Below the pieces are notes generated by a model. The model did not search any database. It had not been told where the DNA came from and worked only from the letters and a program-made list of their open reading frames with translations. A DNA stretch of 64,000 nt from Vicugna vicugna (taxonomy: Eukaryota). Positions 26,005-40,907 of the stretch are shown here, piece by piece. The first letter of the stretch is position 1, and each line of letters begins with the position of its first letter. A program made the position numbers and the translations under genes. Location of the stretch: the NCBI GenBank assembly GCA_013265495.1, contig MU061579.1:1083159-1147158 (forward strand). Reading direction: 5' to 3'.

Positions 26005-26448
26005 AACAGCTTTCTATTGCTACATAGCTAACTGTCTCAAAATGTAGTGGTTGGCAGAGCTCAGAGGGTTCATCAATTGTTATGCAGTTTCAGTCAAATG
26101 GCAGCTGAGGCTGGAGTCATCTGAAGGCTCCATTGGGCCACTTGGACACTGGGCAGCTGGGCCTCCCTCACTTTGTATGTAGCATCATAGCCTCTCTATG
26201 TCATCCTTCTATGTATGGTAGCTGAACTATTTTCATGGTAACTCAGAGATTCCAAGAGCACAAAAATGGAATCTTTCAAGCTTTTAACATTTAGAAGCAA
26301 AACTGGCACAGTGTTTGATCACCACCTTCTACTGATTAAAACAAGTCACAGAGTCATCGAAAAATTATCATGGACGAGGACTACACAATGATGTGAATGC
26401 CAGCAGTGGTGGCTCACTGGGGTTCCTGTTTGAAAACTAGCTACCATA
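26005..26448 (-). mobile_element. MaLR LTR (MLT1F/H-like)
   Basis: ctattgctacatagc..ccaaaatgtagtgg..gctggagtcatctgaaggctc..aactggcacagtgt..aacaagtcacag..actagctacca. Confidence 0.75.
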
Positions 26449-29169
26449 GGAGCCATTCAAGACGCCTTTAATTGTGTAGCTGCAAGAGGGAATGAGCATC
26501 GTATTGAAAAGAGGAAAAGAAACAGCATACGGTTTAAATAATGAGACAATTAGCTATACAAATGTGATTACTTTCCCTGCACAGAATCCATCCCCCTTGT
26601 GGTTCAGCGTATTCTAATTTTCATGAAATATCATATGTTCCATGCCAGAGCAATTTTCCACTGACTTCTGACTCATAACTGTTTTCATGGAAATATTGAT
26701 GTCTAGTATATTCCCTTTTTCTGAGTCCTGAATCAAATGTGATAGAATAGCACTGACATTGCCCACTCTATATGCTGTGCTTCTGACACTGAAACACATG
26801 GAAGTTATGTTGAGGACATGTATTCCCATACAGAGACCACCAAAGAGTAGTCGCATTTTTAGCCTAAATTGAAAAGGACAGCCCCCACATAGAAGTGATT
26901 TTCATAGATATGTAAAGATCAAGATTAGGTTTTTCTTCCATGGCTGAATAGACAGCATTTTCAAAGGGAACTGAGAAGTAACATGAAGCCACACGTGGGG
27001 CACTCATAATAAATGAGCTACAGACAGGATATGTGGACTTGATAAAGATTAAGGGAAACTACCCAAGAATACAGAAAATTAATATCTCACTTCCTGTCTG
27101 CCTGTCTGAAATTATTAATTTTTTGAGAGGGATATTCTTAACTCCCGGGGGGCAGGATTAAGGGTAGCAGAGCTGGAAATTTGGCAACATTTGACTTTAG
27201 TGATGGAACTTTGTTTCCTTAAAGGAGAGTTCTCACTCCTACTTTGAGTGTGGTGTGTGTGTGTGTGCGTGCACTTGTGTGTTGAGAAGTTAGTATAAAT
27301 TTAACTGCATTCTAAAAGTACACTGAAGAGGAAGGAGGTTGTGTTTCCTCCATTTAGATGGACACCCTCTCTTTACCCCCTGCTTTTCAGTCCCATGCCT
27401 CTTTCCAGCCTCTGCTGAAACAGATCTGCTGCACCTCTCTGGATCATTTTCTCTAGAGAATTTGCATCTGATCTTTGGCTGGAGAGTGAGGAAGTGAGCT
27501 GGGTGGGTTGGGAGGGGTACTAAGGGAGGAGTAATGAGAGTTGTCTGGTTGCATAATTTAGAAAAGCTGCAGACCAGAGTTTTCCACAGCCAGCTTGACT
27601 TTCCCACTCTTCAGCAAGAAAGTCTTCAACCAATTTTTCTTCTTTTGAAGTGGTATCCTACCTCAGCCCTCTATGGGGCCTGGCATGTGTAAAAGCTGAG
27701 CTTATAAAGAGATTTTGTGAGGCAAGTTGGCTTAGTTCACATTGTTTTCTCCCTCTACAGTCAATTAAATTATACCTTTCTTCACATTCTCAAGTCACTT
27801 ATCACTCCTGTATCTGAATTACTCGTTTTAGAAAATATAACATATTTTGTCTGATGTGATTATTGCTATTGATGCCTAATGCCTTTTTCATTTTTAAGTA
27901 CCTTTCCAGTGGGTTTTTCAAGAGGCTAAATGATCAATACTCTGGTTAAACTCAGAGGCTTTAGTTATTACTGTTCTTATTTTTGCTATATGCTCTTGAG
28001 ATTGTTTAATAAATTCTAGTAAACCAAAAAAAGAAAAACATAATCACTTGTTTTTCCTGGTCCAGCATTCATTCAAACTTCTTTGGTTGGTTTCTTCTGA
28101 AAGTGTTTCCAGTTATTTTTTTCCTCTATAAAATCTTTTATAAGGAACAAATAGGTTATTAAAAAAAATCCAGTATTGATCAATACTCAGTATTTTTTAA
28201 ATATTAAACACTACTAAGAGTAATGTAAGAGTTTTCTCATAGCATTTGTATCACTATCTTTTGATTAAGTGAGAAGTGAGATGCTGGCCTAGAGCCAGCT
28301 TAGTAATGCTCTAAAAACTAACACTCTAAAAATACTACTGAATAATTAGTGCTGTGAGATTATCTGATAATTCCCAACCTCTGTTCTCTTATATTTACTT
28401 CAGGTCTCAGTGTAGTTTGGGATTATTTGCCTTATGTGGTTTTAAATATGCAATTTTTGCTGATGACAGAAAATTTTGCTTCAGAAGTTCATCATATGAA
28501 AAACTACAGTATTGTTTCAGTATTGTAGGGAAAAAGTAGCTTAATGTAAGTTAACAAAAACTGAAAATTATTTGGATGAAATACTTGCTTGTGTTAAAAT
28601 GAACATTACTAAATATTTTCATATAATAATTCAGTTCATTTGCCTATTCGATATGTAGCTGTACTAACAACAAAACAACTTTGACCACAAAGCTGTTTTA
28701 GGATCCATTTTGGGGATTTTTATGGAAAAGTGAGTGAAAATTATATGGGTCCAGGTAACTGAGCTATTTCAAAACTTCCTCTCCATCCCAAAGAACTGTG
28801 AACCTGGCTCACATGCACTTCAATTGCTCACACATAATGAAAAAATATATTTGACTTGTATTAGGCCTTTATACTTATTCTATTATTAAGTGTAAAATAT
28901 ACTTATTTGATTTTTAAGTATAATAAATAGGCAATTTTTACAGCAAAATCTCACTGTTGTTACCTCTTTGCTGTACTTTTAAATCAAAATCTGGTTGGAA
29001 GTTGGTTCCTTAGAAATAAATTATAGTTTTAAAAAAGAAATCATCTGAATCAGAACCAGAAATGATGAATTGTGTCAAAAGTTATAATATAGAGATAAGT
29101 GGCAAAAATTCAACATCCAAAAGTTGCAACCTGGTAAGGAAAGAAATAGAAAGATATAATTAATACGTT

Positions 29170-29390
29170 AATAATTCACAATTTAAAGTATAAAATTGAA
29201 TATTTCAGTAAATTCACAAGCTTATTTAACCATAATCACAATCAAATAACCTTTTCTTTCCCCTAAAGAAATCTTGGGCCACTTAGCAGTCAATCTCCAT
29301 TACCCTCTGCCCAACTCTGACCTCTGTCCTAAGCAAACACTGCATACTTCCTCCCTCTATAAATTTAGCTCATCTGAGAAAATTTCTAGG
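29170..29390 (-). mobile_element. Old L1 3' UTR fragment (L1MB-like)
   Basis: aattcacaatttaaagtat..cagtaaattcaca..aaccataatcacaatc..ttagcagtcaatctcca. Confidence 0.6.
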
Positions 29391-29621
29391 GACTTTGAAT
29401 GATTTTTTTAAAAACATAATTTCAGTAGTTAAATTGTTTTGTTATGGAAAGAGCTACTGAGCTATTTATAATGTCATTCTCTAAGTCCTGTTCTTTTCAG
29501 TTGTTCTAACTCACTTTTATTAAATATTATTTTTCAAATCATGTTATATTTAAAATAATTTTAACACAGATTTTAAATATGTATTTTAGAAGATATCAAA
29601 ACAATCATTTTTTTCCTGTAA

Positions 29622-30098
29622 TATGCAGGATAAAAGGTATCCTAAAGCTATCCATGTTGTAATTCTCAGAATCTGTGAGTTCTATACCTTTCTTGGCAAG
29701 GGGGAATTAAGATGGAACTAAGATTGCTAACCAGCTGACCTTAAAATAAGGACATTATCCCAGATTATCTGGGTTGGTCCATGCAGAATCCAAAAGTGTA
29801 GAAGAGGGAGGCAGGAGAAGCATCTGTGTAGGAGTGGTAAGAGAAAGACTTAAATGGTTGTTACTGGCTTTGAAGATAAAATGAAATCATAAATTAAAGA
29901 ACGTGGGAAATCAATAGACACTGTAAAGGGCGAGGAAACATATTATCCTGTAGAGACTCCAGAAAGGAACGAAGCCCTAGTGACATTTGAATTTTATCAA
30001 GATGAAATCTGTTTTGAACTTCTGAAATCCAGATCTGTGTTATTTTAAGCTACCAAGTTTGTGCTAATATGTCACAGCTGTGGTAGGAATCGAACATA
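29622..30098 (+). mobile_element. Solo MaLR LTR (MLT1D-like)
   Basis: ggcaagggggaattaag..gattgctaaccagctgaccttaaaataagga..actggctttgaagat..cagaaaggaacgaagccct..ttttaagctaccaagtttgtg. Confidence 0.85.
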
Positions 30099-33000
30099 TT
30101 TTCTATCTCCTGAAAATACAAGTTCATTTAGAAATGAAAAAAAAAAAAACACTTACATCAGAATTCATAAATAGAATGATCTCAAATCTTTAAATTAAGA
30201 GAAACTTCTGTTTAATAATTTGATATCTGCAATATGGACTGAGTTTCACGGTTGGACTATTTTTTTTTTAATAAATAGAAGTATATATGTATTTCCAGCA
30301 TATAATCTAAAATTACATCTCCTTCTACTAATAAAACTATTATGTATATAAGCATATAGGAAAAGCAAATGTTCCAAACATCACATTATTAGCTGCATTC
30401 TTGAAATATTTTCAGTTAACGCTAATTGTCCATGTGCTATAATCTAATAATTATATGAAGTGTCTGACACAAAATGAAAATAATAAAGTTGAATATGTAA
30501 CAGATAAGAAGTAACAGTAAGGAAGCTAAAACCAAAGGACATACATAATCTAAGTTTTAGTTATACTTGAAACAGAACATATATAGAGCCTGAGAGCTGC
30601 TGATAAATTATATATAATATATATATATAATATGTTAAAAATTCCAGTCAGTAAATAGTTATTTTAGGGTTATCATTATTTTTCTCACATAAAAATTGGA
30701 CATTTTTTAAGAAATCCAGAAATCCAAATTCAAGTTTCAAGAAAAATGATTGTACTCCATGTATAATTTGTATTCAGCAAATACATAGATGCTTGACAAG
30801 TTCATCAGATGTTAATGATTACCTCAAATGTGGGGTGACTTTCCTGAATAACAACACAACATAAATATATCAGGTGGAACCACTGAGCTTAGCAAAGCGA
30901 CCTGATTCCAAACAGGCAGGCAGATTCTCAGGTTAATCAAAACAACCCTCATTCTGATCATGGCTCAGTAATTTACAATGGTGGTCTTGTTAAATTTATT
31001 TAATCACTTCCCACCCTAAGGTTTGCTCTAGAGTTTCTTCTTTGCATGCTTACTATGGAACACTGTGATAGAAGAAGGTGACAACCTGAGTAAAGAACAT
31101 AGTATTTAAAGTGATCACTTCACATCTTCTTTTCTCAGTTTTATAGAATATAATCTACTGAGAGCATGGAATTAGGACTCTAAGACATATTGGTGTTTTT
31201 TTAGTGGTTATTTTCATCTACAGGACTTCTTTTGTTAATAATCCATATTCTCTATTCAGGTAACAACAGATAGACACATTATAATTGAATAGTTTTTCTA
31301 TCCTCTCTTTGTCATTCATTAACTGTGGTCCATTGTTCTAAGTAGGTCTATTATTATTTCCTCCTTATTGTCTGAATAAAGATTAAAATAATTTTTTTGT
31401 TGTTGTTCTTAAACTTCTACTGCCCTTAGTTTTTCTGAGACTTGTGCTTATCATTTATATTTGTTTTTAATTATATGTTCTTATTTCCATCTTTTATGCA
31501 TTTTATTTAAGTTTTCAGAAGTTGTACTTGTTGGAAAACTCCCTGGCCTCTCATACTATTGCTTTAGGTGCCTTCTGTTTTTCTCCTTCATAAAAACATG
31601 TTATAATTGCATAATCTGAATGTGTTTTTGAGAGCTTCTCAACTCTCTTGAGGCAATTTTGCTTTTCCAGTCTCAAAATATGCAATGATCCAATAATCTC
31701 TCTGAGTCATATTTCTTTCTATCATCCTCATGTTTGTCTCTTCTTATTACTTTCTTTCCTAATGACGACAGTAAGTATGCAAGTTTTCCATAGACACTTC
31801 AAAAACTAATTCAACTGTAAACTTTAATTTTCCTAAACAGTAGTTCTCTCTTTGTTCAATATATGCTATTTTCCACTTGTGATCATTTTGACACTGATTT
31901 TGATTCATCTTCCATGTTCAAATTCTTGTAAAACAGAAGTCCTTTTGGCATTGTTTCCTGTTTCCATCTAGGGATCCTTCATCTACTCTGATACGGTAGG
32001 GTGCAGAGACAAAAACTCATGGCATTCTTCCTTCTCCTAAATCATACTGGTTGATATGATTGGTTGCCTTACATATGAACACTGTAGTAGTTCTACTGAG
32101 GTTTTGAGCATTATTTATGATGCAGTTTAGTGGATACTTAATACTTAAAACATTTTGCAACTCTTTCCCTCTCTCCTTTGAAGCAAAATGTAGAGTGTTT
32201 TACCTAAATATTTCCATATAATCCTATACAAACCATTATATAAGAATTACTATATTTTAATCGCCCAGTTACTTGATTTCCTTTTCCATCTTACTGTTAT
32301 CTCCTTGGAGGCATGAGTTTGATGAATTACTTAATTTAGTGTATAACTGAGAGTTATGTTGGAAGTAGACTCAGTAGAACTTGATAATTGATAACTGGTG
32401 ATTAAGGAGTAAAAGGGGAAATCTATAACAATTCATAGGTGCCTGAAATCAGTGAATAGGTGGAAAATGAGGCCATGAACTAGAATATGAGATACAGACG
32501 AAAAATTGGCTTACAAGTATTTTCATGTAGATTATTGAGCTTGTTCTCATGATGACAACATCTTTGGAAATATAATTGTTGTTTATAAGTATTAGCAATA
32601 TTTTATAATGATAAAATTAGATTTAGATCATTTATTTTTAATTGCCTAACATCACACAACTGGTGAGCTCTGAAGCTAGGATCAGGTCTTGGACCAAATG
32701 CCTCAAGACTGTCCTCTTTTTTCAGGCACCTAATGATGCCTAAGATATTCCAATGCTAGCTTGAGTAAAGACTTTTTAACATATTAATTATTCAGGACAA
32801 CATGAATGGATACCTGTAAAACACTTTCAGAAATATTTAATTTTTATTTGAATTCAAGAAGCTGAATTAAGAGGAAATGAGAATGAGAAAGAAAACTTGC
32901 AAAGTCACTTTCCCCTCCCTCACCCAGAAGCAGTTTGGCTTTAGTTTGTCTTGATGCTTCATAGTCTTTATCTCAAAGTTGCTATGTCAAAAAACTCATT

Positions 33001-33104
33001 TATCTTTTATAAAAAAAAAACCCTGATCATTTGGTAATAGACTCTTAAAAAATTCAGCCATAAAGAAACCATATTAAAAACAAATACTATTCATTAGTTT
33101 TGAA

Positions 33105-33437
33105 CATAAAATGGCAAACTACTACCCATGATCCATTCCTGTCCTATTGCATGTTTCTGTATGTCCCACAAAAAAAAAATTTTTTTTACATTTTGAAATA
33201 ATTTAAAAAATCAAAGGAGTACTATTTCATGTCAATAATTTTTTATAATAAAATTATGTTTATTTTTTATAAATAGAATGTTATTGCCACATAGCCATAG
33301 AATCTAATTTGCCTATTGTATACGATTACTTTCAGTCTCTGAGTGGAATTAAATAACTAGTGACAGAGCCCTCATGATCCACAGTTCCTAGAGTATTTAT
33401 TATCTGGCCCTTCACAGGAAAAGATTGCCAACCCCTC
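33105..33437 (+). mobile_element. MER58B-like hAT MITE
   Basis: tggcaaactac..aaaaaatcaaagga..gagtatttattatctggcccttcacaggaaaagattgccaacccct, followed by ttctagaa. Confidence 0.8.
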
Positions 33438-33829
33438 TTCTAGAATAAGGAACTTACTTTTATAGTAGCATACTTTTGTAATTTAATATATAGGATATCC
33501 TCTTCCCTATATCAAATAAATAGAAAATAAATTATTAATTGGTTGCTTTCAGCAAGATGAGTATTAGAAAGGTTCGGGAATATATAGTATGAAGTTAAAG
33601 AAGCTTGATGATTTATTATTGCCCCAAAATAAGGTTTTATATATATATACATATATACACGCATATGGGACATTTCTACACTTACCTTCCAATGATGCTA
33701 GAAGATATTGACAAATCATGTTATTTGAATCTCACATTGATGTCTTTGTTATCATTCCTTCTTCATATATGTTATTTTGCATTGCTAGCTTTTATACTAT
33801 AGTGTGATAGGAATCATATGACCATGTTT

Positions 33830-33962
33830 TGAAGTAGTAGACTACATGCACTATGATGCTGATTCAGTAATTCTGAGGAAGTTCTCAGGGGTCTTTTTTT
33901 AGCAGCATCTCAGGCGAGTATGATTAAGTAGGCTTTAGAGCTACATTGGGAAACTTGTGCTC
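33830..33962. mobile_element. MER5-like hAT fragment
   Basis: gatgctgattcagtaattctg..gcatctcaggcgagtatgatt..gctacattgggaaac. Confidence 0.5.
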
Positions 33963-34569
33963 TATAATTTTTAAACAAAATTATGTTATAGATCCCTGAC
34001 ACTAAAACCTGCTCACTTGATTAGACTTCTAAAATGGCTTATTTTATCCTTTTTGTTCTCTATCCCATGACAGTGATTTTTCTATCTTTGAATTTTTTTG
34101 GACATGGGAGATGTAAAACAAATGTGGGATAAAAGATGGTACTATGATGAGAATCGAAATATAAGGTGCAAATAACTGCCACCTAATATCACAATTTTAA
34201 CACCAAATAAACAAGAAGAAAATCAAATCAAAGCACAGAATATTATTTTACAATTAAATGATTTAATATTATAATCTTTAAATTTTTATCTCATATATGC
34301 CAGTAAAATTTTATCATAATCAACTACAGTCACTAATGAACATTGAAATGACTGCCTTTAAAATGAAGTTTATCATACCTAGTTTGATTTTAATCACACA
34401 AGCTAATTTTATTTCCAATTTTCTGAATATTTTGCTCTTATTTTCCATTATGCTATTTACTGACACTTTCTAAGTTCAGTAATCTGTGTTTTCCCTGTTT
34501 TATTTGAGCATGACGCTGCTGGTTAAGGCACTCTAATGCATCATTGATGGGATTATGTGTGAATTAGTC

Positions 34570-35270
34570 CAATTTTTGAATACTCTCAAAAAGGGCAATT
34601 TGGAAACATCTATATTTTTAAATATACAAAACTGATCCAACATTTCACTGCTAGAAATTTGCTCTACAGATGTATTTTCAAATGTAAGCATATATATGTA
34701 TGTATGTAAGAATATATATATATATATATATATTATATGTATATATTCAAGAATATTCCCTACAACAGTTTGTAATGGTAAAAAGCTGATAACACTCCAC
34801 ATGTCTATCAACATGTAACTGGTTTGATAAATCATGTTATGTATATACAATTGAATAATACCCAGCTGATAAATCAATTTGTGTTGCTATCACCTTGGTC
34901 TTGGTTTCCAAATACAATTCTCCAAAACAAACAAACAAACAAAACAGCACTCTAAGGTTGTCCCATAGAAAGTGCAATGTAATTGTGGAACATCAACTGG
35001 AACATTGTGTTGAATTAGACTGTAAGAAAGTGCTCAAATAATCATGGGGACATATCCAAGGACATGGGAGCCAGCTTGAATTGGCTTTCACTGGCCATCT
35101 GGGACAATTTGAATACCAAAAATAAGAATATTAGCATTGTATTATATAACTCATTGAATAAAACAAGAAGATAAGACTTTATACAAATATAAATAAACAT
35201 ATAAGAAATAATAGAATGTTCTTTAAAAAACAACAAATCACAGAACTGATAATGAGTGTGACATGGCAAG
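34570..35270 (+). mobile_element. Old L1 3' region fragments (L1ME/L1MC4-like)
   Basis: ggcaatttggaaacatcta..tttcactgctagaaattt; catggggacatatccaaggacatgggagccagcttgaa..actggccatctgggacaatttga. Confidence 0.7.
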
Positions 35271-38200
35271 TCTTCATAAAGTGGAGGATGTACAGAGGGG
35301 AAAGTTGTCCATGAAGTTTGATATGGGAGGTTATAAAAATGTACTCATTATTAGTTTACAATTTTTTGACCTGAAACCATATTTCATCCATCTGAATGAT
35401 AGAATCTTGATTTATTGAAAGTCTTATTAAATATTATCTTTATCTCTATCAACATTTTAGCTCTCCATGTACATTTTCAAGTGCCCTCTGATGTCTCACA
35501 GATCTTTCAAATCAAATATGAACCACATTGCCTCATCATATTCCCTGTGCTGAACTCTCCAGACTATCACTGGGGAATCTGTCAGTAAAGCAAAATTTAA
35601 CTCTAACTTTTTGTAGTAAGGGAGAAAGTGATCTTGACAGAGTCTTAGATCAGGAGCTAATTGAGACTGTGGAAAATCTGAAGAAAACCTCGATATGAAA
35701 ACTTTTATTTAGTACATGGGATGTTCGCTCTAGTCAACAGGCTCTTAATTTTTTAATAAGTATTTCTGTCAACAATTGGTGAAAAAACAATTGGTGGGAA
35801 TTCCTACAGATCCCTAGTTCTGTACTGCTTTCTTTTATTTATTTGTTGTAAATATGGGAAAAGTTGTTAGAACATGGCCCTTCAACTAGAGCAAATTAGA
35901 AATCTGATATTTAGATAATGTGATCACTTTTTTAAAGCTATTACAGTCCACATTACATATTTCACAAAGCCTAGGATTATAGAATTGGATTTGAACACTA
36001 AAACAGCTGAATCAAACATAGCCTGAATGAAAAGACTTGGATGAATTCTACCCAGAACAGTGAAATTTATATTCACTTACATGTATTTATAAATGACCAT
36101 GTGATATCCTGTTCATATTACAAGTGTTTATAGCCTTATTGATATTTTTGTTGTTCTCAAAGGATAAAAAGATCCACATGGAACAATAATATATACAAAG
36201 GTATCTTTGGCCAAATTCTGACTTAACCTCAGATATAGCTGGATTGCTGTGGATACTTTTACTCCCAGTCATAACAATTGATGCATGTGTCATATGTATG
36301 TAAATTTCTACTAATGAAGTCACAGTTATAAATGTGCTCCAAACAGTGTTAAATTCCAATGTTTCTATTCTAAAGAAGCCATTTTTATAAATATAATTGT
36401 ATTTCCCTATGAAAATGTGAACTTTGATTATACCTAGATATAATTAATAGACACATTTTAAGAATATTAAAAGAGAAGAAAGCCTTCTTTATTAACTCAT
36501 TAATGAATTCATTTATTTCTTCATATGTTTCTAACTCTTGTTCTCTTCCAACCCCTTCAACAGTACTGACTGTCAAATATCTTCAACTTTCAAACCTCAA
36601 GTCAAACTCTCTCTGATGAGGCATTGCTTCATCATTCCATATCTAATTGTATCTTCCTACTCTTCCGTACATGTATTAAGTCCAATGCAGAGTGCCTCAT
36701 AACATTATAATTACTGTTTTCTATGTGTACATACTTCGTAGATGGGGACTACGTAATTTCATCTTTACATCTCCATAGACCTGTACAACAGAAACCACTA
36801 CAGAAATAAAGTAAACTTATGCTTAAATGAAGTAGCATGATGATTCAATTTAATTTTGTGCAAAGTAGACTAAAAACTCTTTATAAAAACAAATTAATTA
36901 CCCTCACTTGTTTAGAAACTTGGACAAGGTACATCACAGGATAAGGTGCAAAGAAAATTTCAGGGGGGAAGTACATATCTAGTCTTTTCACAAACATCTA
37001 AAAAACAAAGCCATCTGGTATAAAGAAAAATTCCAGCCAAAAAGTGGCAAAAAAATTGGTTTGACAACTTTGACATAAAAGCTACTTACTCCCAGTGCCA
37101 ACTTCTCACGTCTTGCCGGTTCAAAATCACATCTCTCTGAGAGTGGCATTTAGTCTCATTGGAATCTGATAAACAAAACAGACCATTTTATTACATCAGA
37201 GATTATTGTGAATATATTTATTCAAGACGCCAAACTATAATACAGAACAATCCATAGTAAAACTTGCCAAGTGGATATGAGTGATACAAGCTAACAACTA
37301 GAAAAGAGTATCTATCAACCAGTAAAATCTGTGACCCAGTCAGAGTGCAAATAGCACCAGCTGACACTAGGAATTAATCATCATCCAGTGTCTTAATAAG
37401 AGTGTTGCCATTATTTTCTATGAAAAGTGTTTTATTCTCTTGCCATGATGACTGAGAGGAATCTGAAAAGAAGCTTGCCCAAAACAGGAAATCAGTATGT
37501 GTGGTCTGCACTATTTAGCCGTTATTCTACCTAAGAACATAACCCTCATGTAGCCGGAAATCAAAAATGACTAAGCCATTCTGTATTATTTCATAGAAGT
37601 CACTTGATATATTTTTAATAATAACACTGTGATATAAATCATTGATAGTGATAGTTCTTCAATGAAAAATCTGTGACCTTATTTTTGCCTTTTTTCTTTA
37701 TTCTCATGATGAATGAAGGCTAAAATAGAAAAGAAAGCAATTATTTCTTGTTTTAAAAGGAAAAGACTATGCTATGACTTCCACATCCTTGACACAGAAA
37801 ATAATAGCAATCTAGGAATAGTAAAGAAAATGTAGACAAGAATGCTCAGGGCTACATAGAGGCAGATTTCAAGAGAATGGCAATATTAACCTTCCAGATG
37901 TATAAATTGTCCCAGTCATCTGCAAAGGAGCCACTATTCTCTGTTCTGCATTAAGCAGCTAGAAATAATGGTTCTTAGAACAGAAAAAAATAATAAATCA
38001 AAGTATAGTTCTTTTTTTAGGGCATTTGTTATTCATTGACCTCTGGTTAGTCAAAAAACTGCAGGTTCTCGTTCACGTATACTTAAAATTTTATTCATAA
38101 TTATGAAAGTTCTCACACTTTACAGTCATTTGTATGCCCTAGAATACTTTCATATAATTTATTTGAATCTATCAAGGTGGAAGTGAATAAGAATTTCTTT

Positions 38201-38339
38201 TACTATTGAACTAAGATATAATTTATTTCATCGAGTTAAGATACAGAATAATTCTGCTGTCTGGGTTAATTCAGTATCAAAAGTTTAAGGGCAACACTTG
38301 TTATTTTCTTACTTTAGCCCAGTAACATTTCATCATTTG

Positions 38340-38645
38340 AAAATATAAATACAACAAACTAGTAAATAAAACAGAAAAGAAGCAGACTCACAGATAATAG
38401 AGAACAAACTAGTGGTTACCAGTGGGGAGAGGGAAGTGATTGGGGGGCAATACAGGGTTAGAGGACTAAGAGACACAAATTATTATGTATAAAATATGCT
38501 ATAAGGATACATTGTATGATATAGAATGTAGCCAATATTTTATAATATCTATAGATGCAGTATAGTGGATTCACTTTAAGATTATGTATATTGTACACTT
38601 GTAACATATAATATTGTACATCAACTATACTTCTGTAAAATAATG
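38340..38645 (+). mobile_element. Laurasiatherian/cetartiodactyl L1 3' UTR end
   Basis: agcagactcacagat..gagaacaaactagtggttaccagtggggagaggg..tagccaatattttataat..gtacatcaactatacttc. Confidence 0.9.
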
Positions 38646-40907
38646 AATATATATTATCTCAATGTAAGTGTGAAGATATACTTATCCAGTGTTCCTAGGC
38701 CCAGGCACTGTGTCAAATAGGTGCAGTCTTACTTTTTCTTCCACCAAATCTTTAAGGTCAGTATCATAACCATTTAAGGGTCCAAGGCTTAAAAAAGTTA
38801 AATCACTTGTCTAAGACCACCTTGACACTTAATAAACACCGTATACTGGCAGTCCACATTAAAGTGTCAACTCACTGAGAATCTGTTTCAAGCTGAGTTC
38901 TAGTGGCAAGAAAATGTAAGTTATACAGAAGTGAACATAAATGTGGCCCTCATGAGCAGCCTTCTACATAAGCAAATAGATTTATAGAATTAATTATTAA
39001 TCTACTCAAAATGTATTATAGAATGTCAGTTGCTAACATAAGCTATAATTCTACAAATATAAATGTTAAGATTCTTCATGTTTAGTATTAATAAAATGTT
39101 CAATATATTGTCTTAATTCTAAAATTCTATTTCCTTGATTGATTTTCTCCTTTTCTAGAGAACCTATTAAGCTCACGAAATTTAAGAAAATAAGCTCTGA
39201 TGCAATAAAGTAAATCCTTGAAATTAAAATATTGGATTATTTCTAGGACTGGAAGCAGTTATTTTTATTTACTTTTTGTGAGGTTTTTATAAAAAGTTCC
39301 TAAGGAACCTCAGGAGGAGATGATAACCTTTAGCTTTGGCTTTGAACCTCTTACCAGACTGAGATGTAATTAAACAGCAAATGCAAATATAAGAAGTTAT
39401 TTTAATTGCCTGGGCATTGCTGAGTCAGTGACATTCATACACAGCACTATAATATTCCCCTCTTTACCAAATATCCAAAAGCAAAACTAGAAGCTCCAAA
39501 AATTAAAAACTTCATGAAATTTTTGTTTCTCTCTAATATCCCAATAGCCATTTGAGCTATTGTCATTTGCCTCTGATAAGATACTTAATAATAGCATATC
39601 TGCCACTGGGGGGGGTATTAATGAACTCATTATATAAAAATGCCAATAAAATTTAATTATAATGCTCTGTACTCATATTATTCCTAAGAAAGAATAACTG
39701 TAATTATCACATGTAAATATATATGCAACTACTTTACAAAAGTGAATTATATGGTGGACAAAAAAAATTATAATATTTAGAATTCTTTCCTGAACTCCTT
39801 TTCAATTATTAGGTTAAAAAAGAAGCCAAAATTGTGAGTCATTTCTTGATAGTTGTATGCATTAAACTCTCATAGTATATCTCTGCTTTTGAAGTTTATA
39901 CTTGAAATTTATGCCTTAGTTCTTGTAGCCTTAAGATCAGTTTTCTTGTGTTCTGGGCTACATGCAGTACAATGAACCTCAATATTCTTCATGGCTTTCT
40001 TTGAGTATCCTAGAAGGAGTGAAAAGTTGTTTAGCTTTGGAGTCATTGAGATCTAGCTTTAAAGCTCAGCTCCTTTAATTACTAACTCTGCACTCTAGGA
40101 CAAGGTAATTAACCTTCTGAGGTTTAATACAGTAGGCAAGAGAGAGATTGATAACTATTGTGTACCCAGCTATATATCCTTAAGATAGCTGACACAAGCA
40201 AGGGCTCATCTATTTGTTGAATGTATCTGCAAACAAAGAAACTCTTCACACCTGCTTGGAGACGTATAGTGAGGATTATCAAAAAACAAGTGTGAGAAAT
40301 AAAGTAGCATAATTCATGGCAATTGGAAACTATCACTAGGTCTTAGTTTCTCTTTCTGTGCTTCTTCCTTCTGTCATGAATACTCGAGACACTTAGATTG
40401 CCAGCCCTTATATGTGTCTCTAATATTAGTTAATCTACATGAGTTATTTATATTTTTGGCTTTTTGGTCATTTCTTTTTAATTTAAATGATTGGGTCCCT
40501 AGAGGAATGATTCATAAGGTTGTATAAAATTATACTTTTTCAAAAGAGGTAGAGAAAACTAAAACAGGTATACAACATTTATATTTGGATGCTCTTTAAT
40601 GGCAAATCTAGACATGGAATCTAGACATGGTCGATAATATTAATTAAACGTTTAAATCTTTTAGGTTGTGTAAAATATTAGTAGTATAACTTTTTCATGT
40701 CTGACCATTCACTATTTCCCTTTCTCATCAGTTATATGTAGAATACTTCTGGTTGCAAATATCATAAATTACTTTCAAATCAGTTTTTAAGAAAAATGGA
40801 AAATAATATATTAAAAATGAAAACTTAATTACTACTTGGGTAAGTCAGACAATGTGATCGGGGTGAGATTTATCTATATGTTTCTTAGCTCAAAAGTTTT
40901 GTTTCAT

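Noticed and set aside
33686..33697. Possible 12-nt micro-exon (cttctag|CATCATTGGAAG|gtaagt); a similar one lies near 4442-4453
   Set aside because: A consensus donor is expected by chance about once in this much AT-rich DNA, and there is no other support.
36087..36359. 90-codon minus-strand ORF with an upstream acceptor-like ttctttag and a gtaagt donor 6 nt after the stop
   Set aside because: It starts at TTG, the stop precedes the donor, and I recognise no homology. It is compatible with chance.
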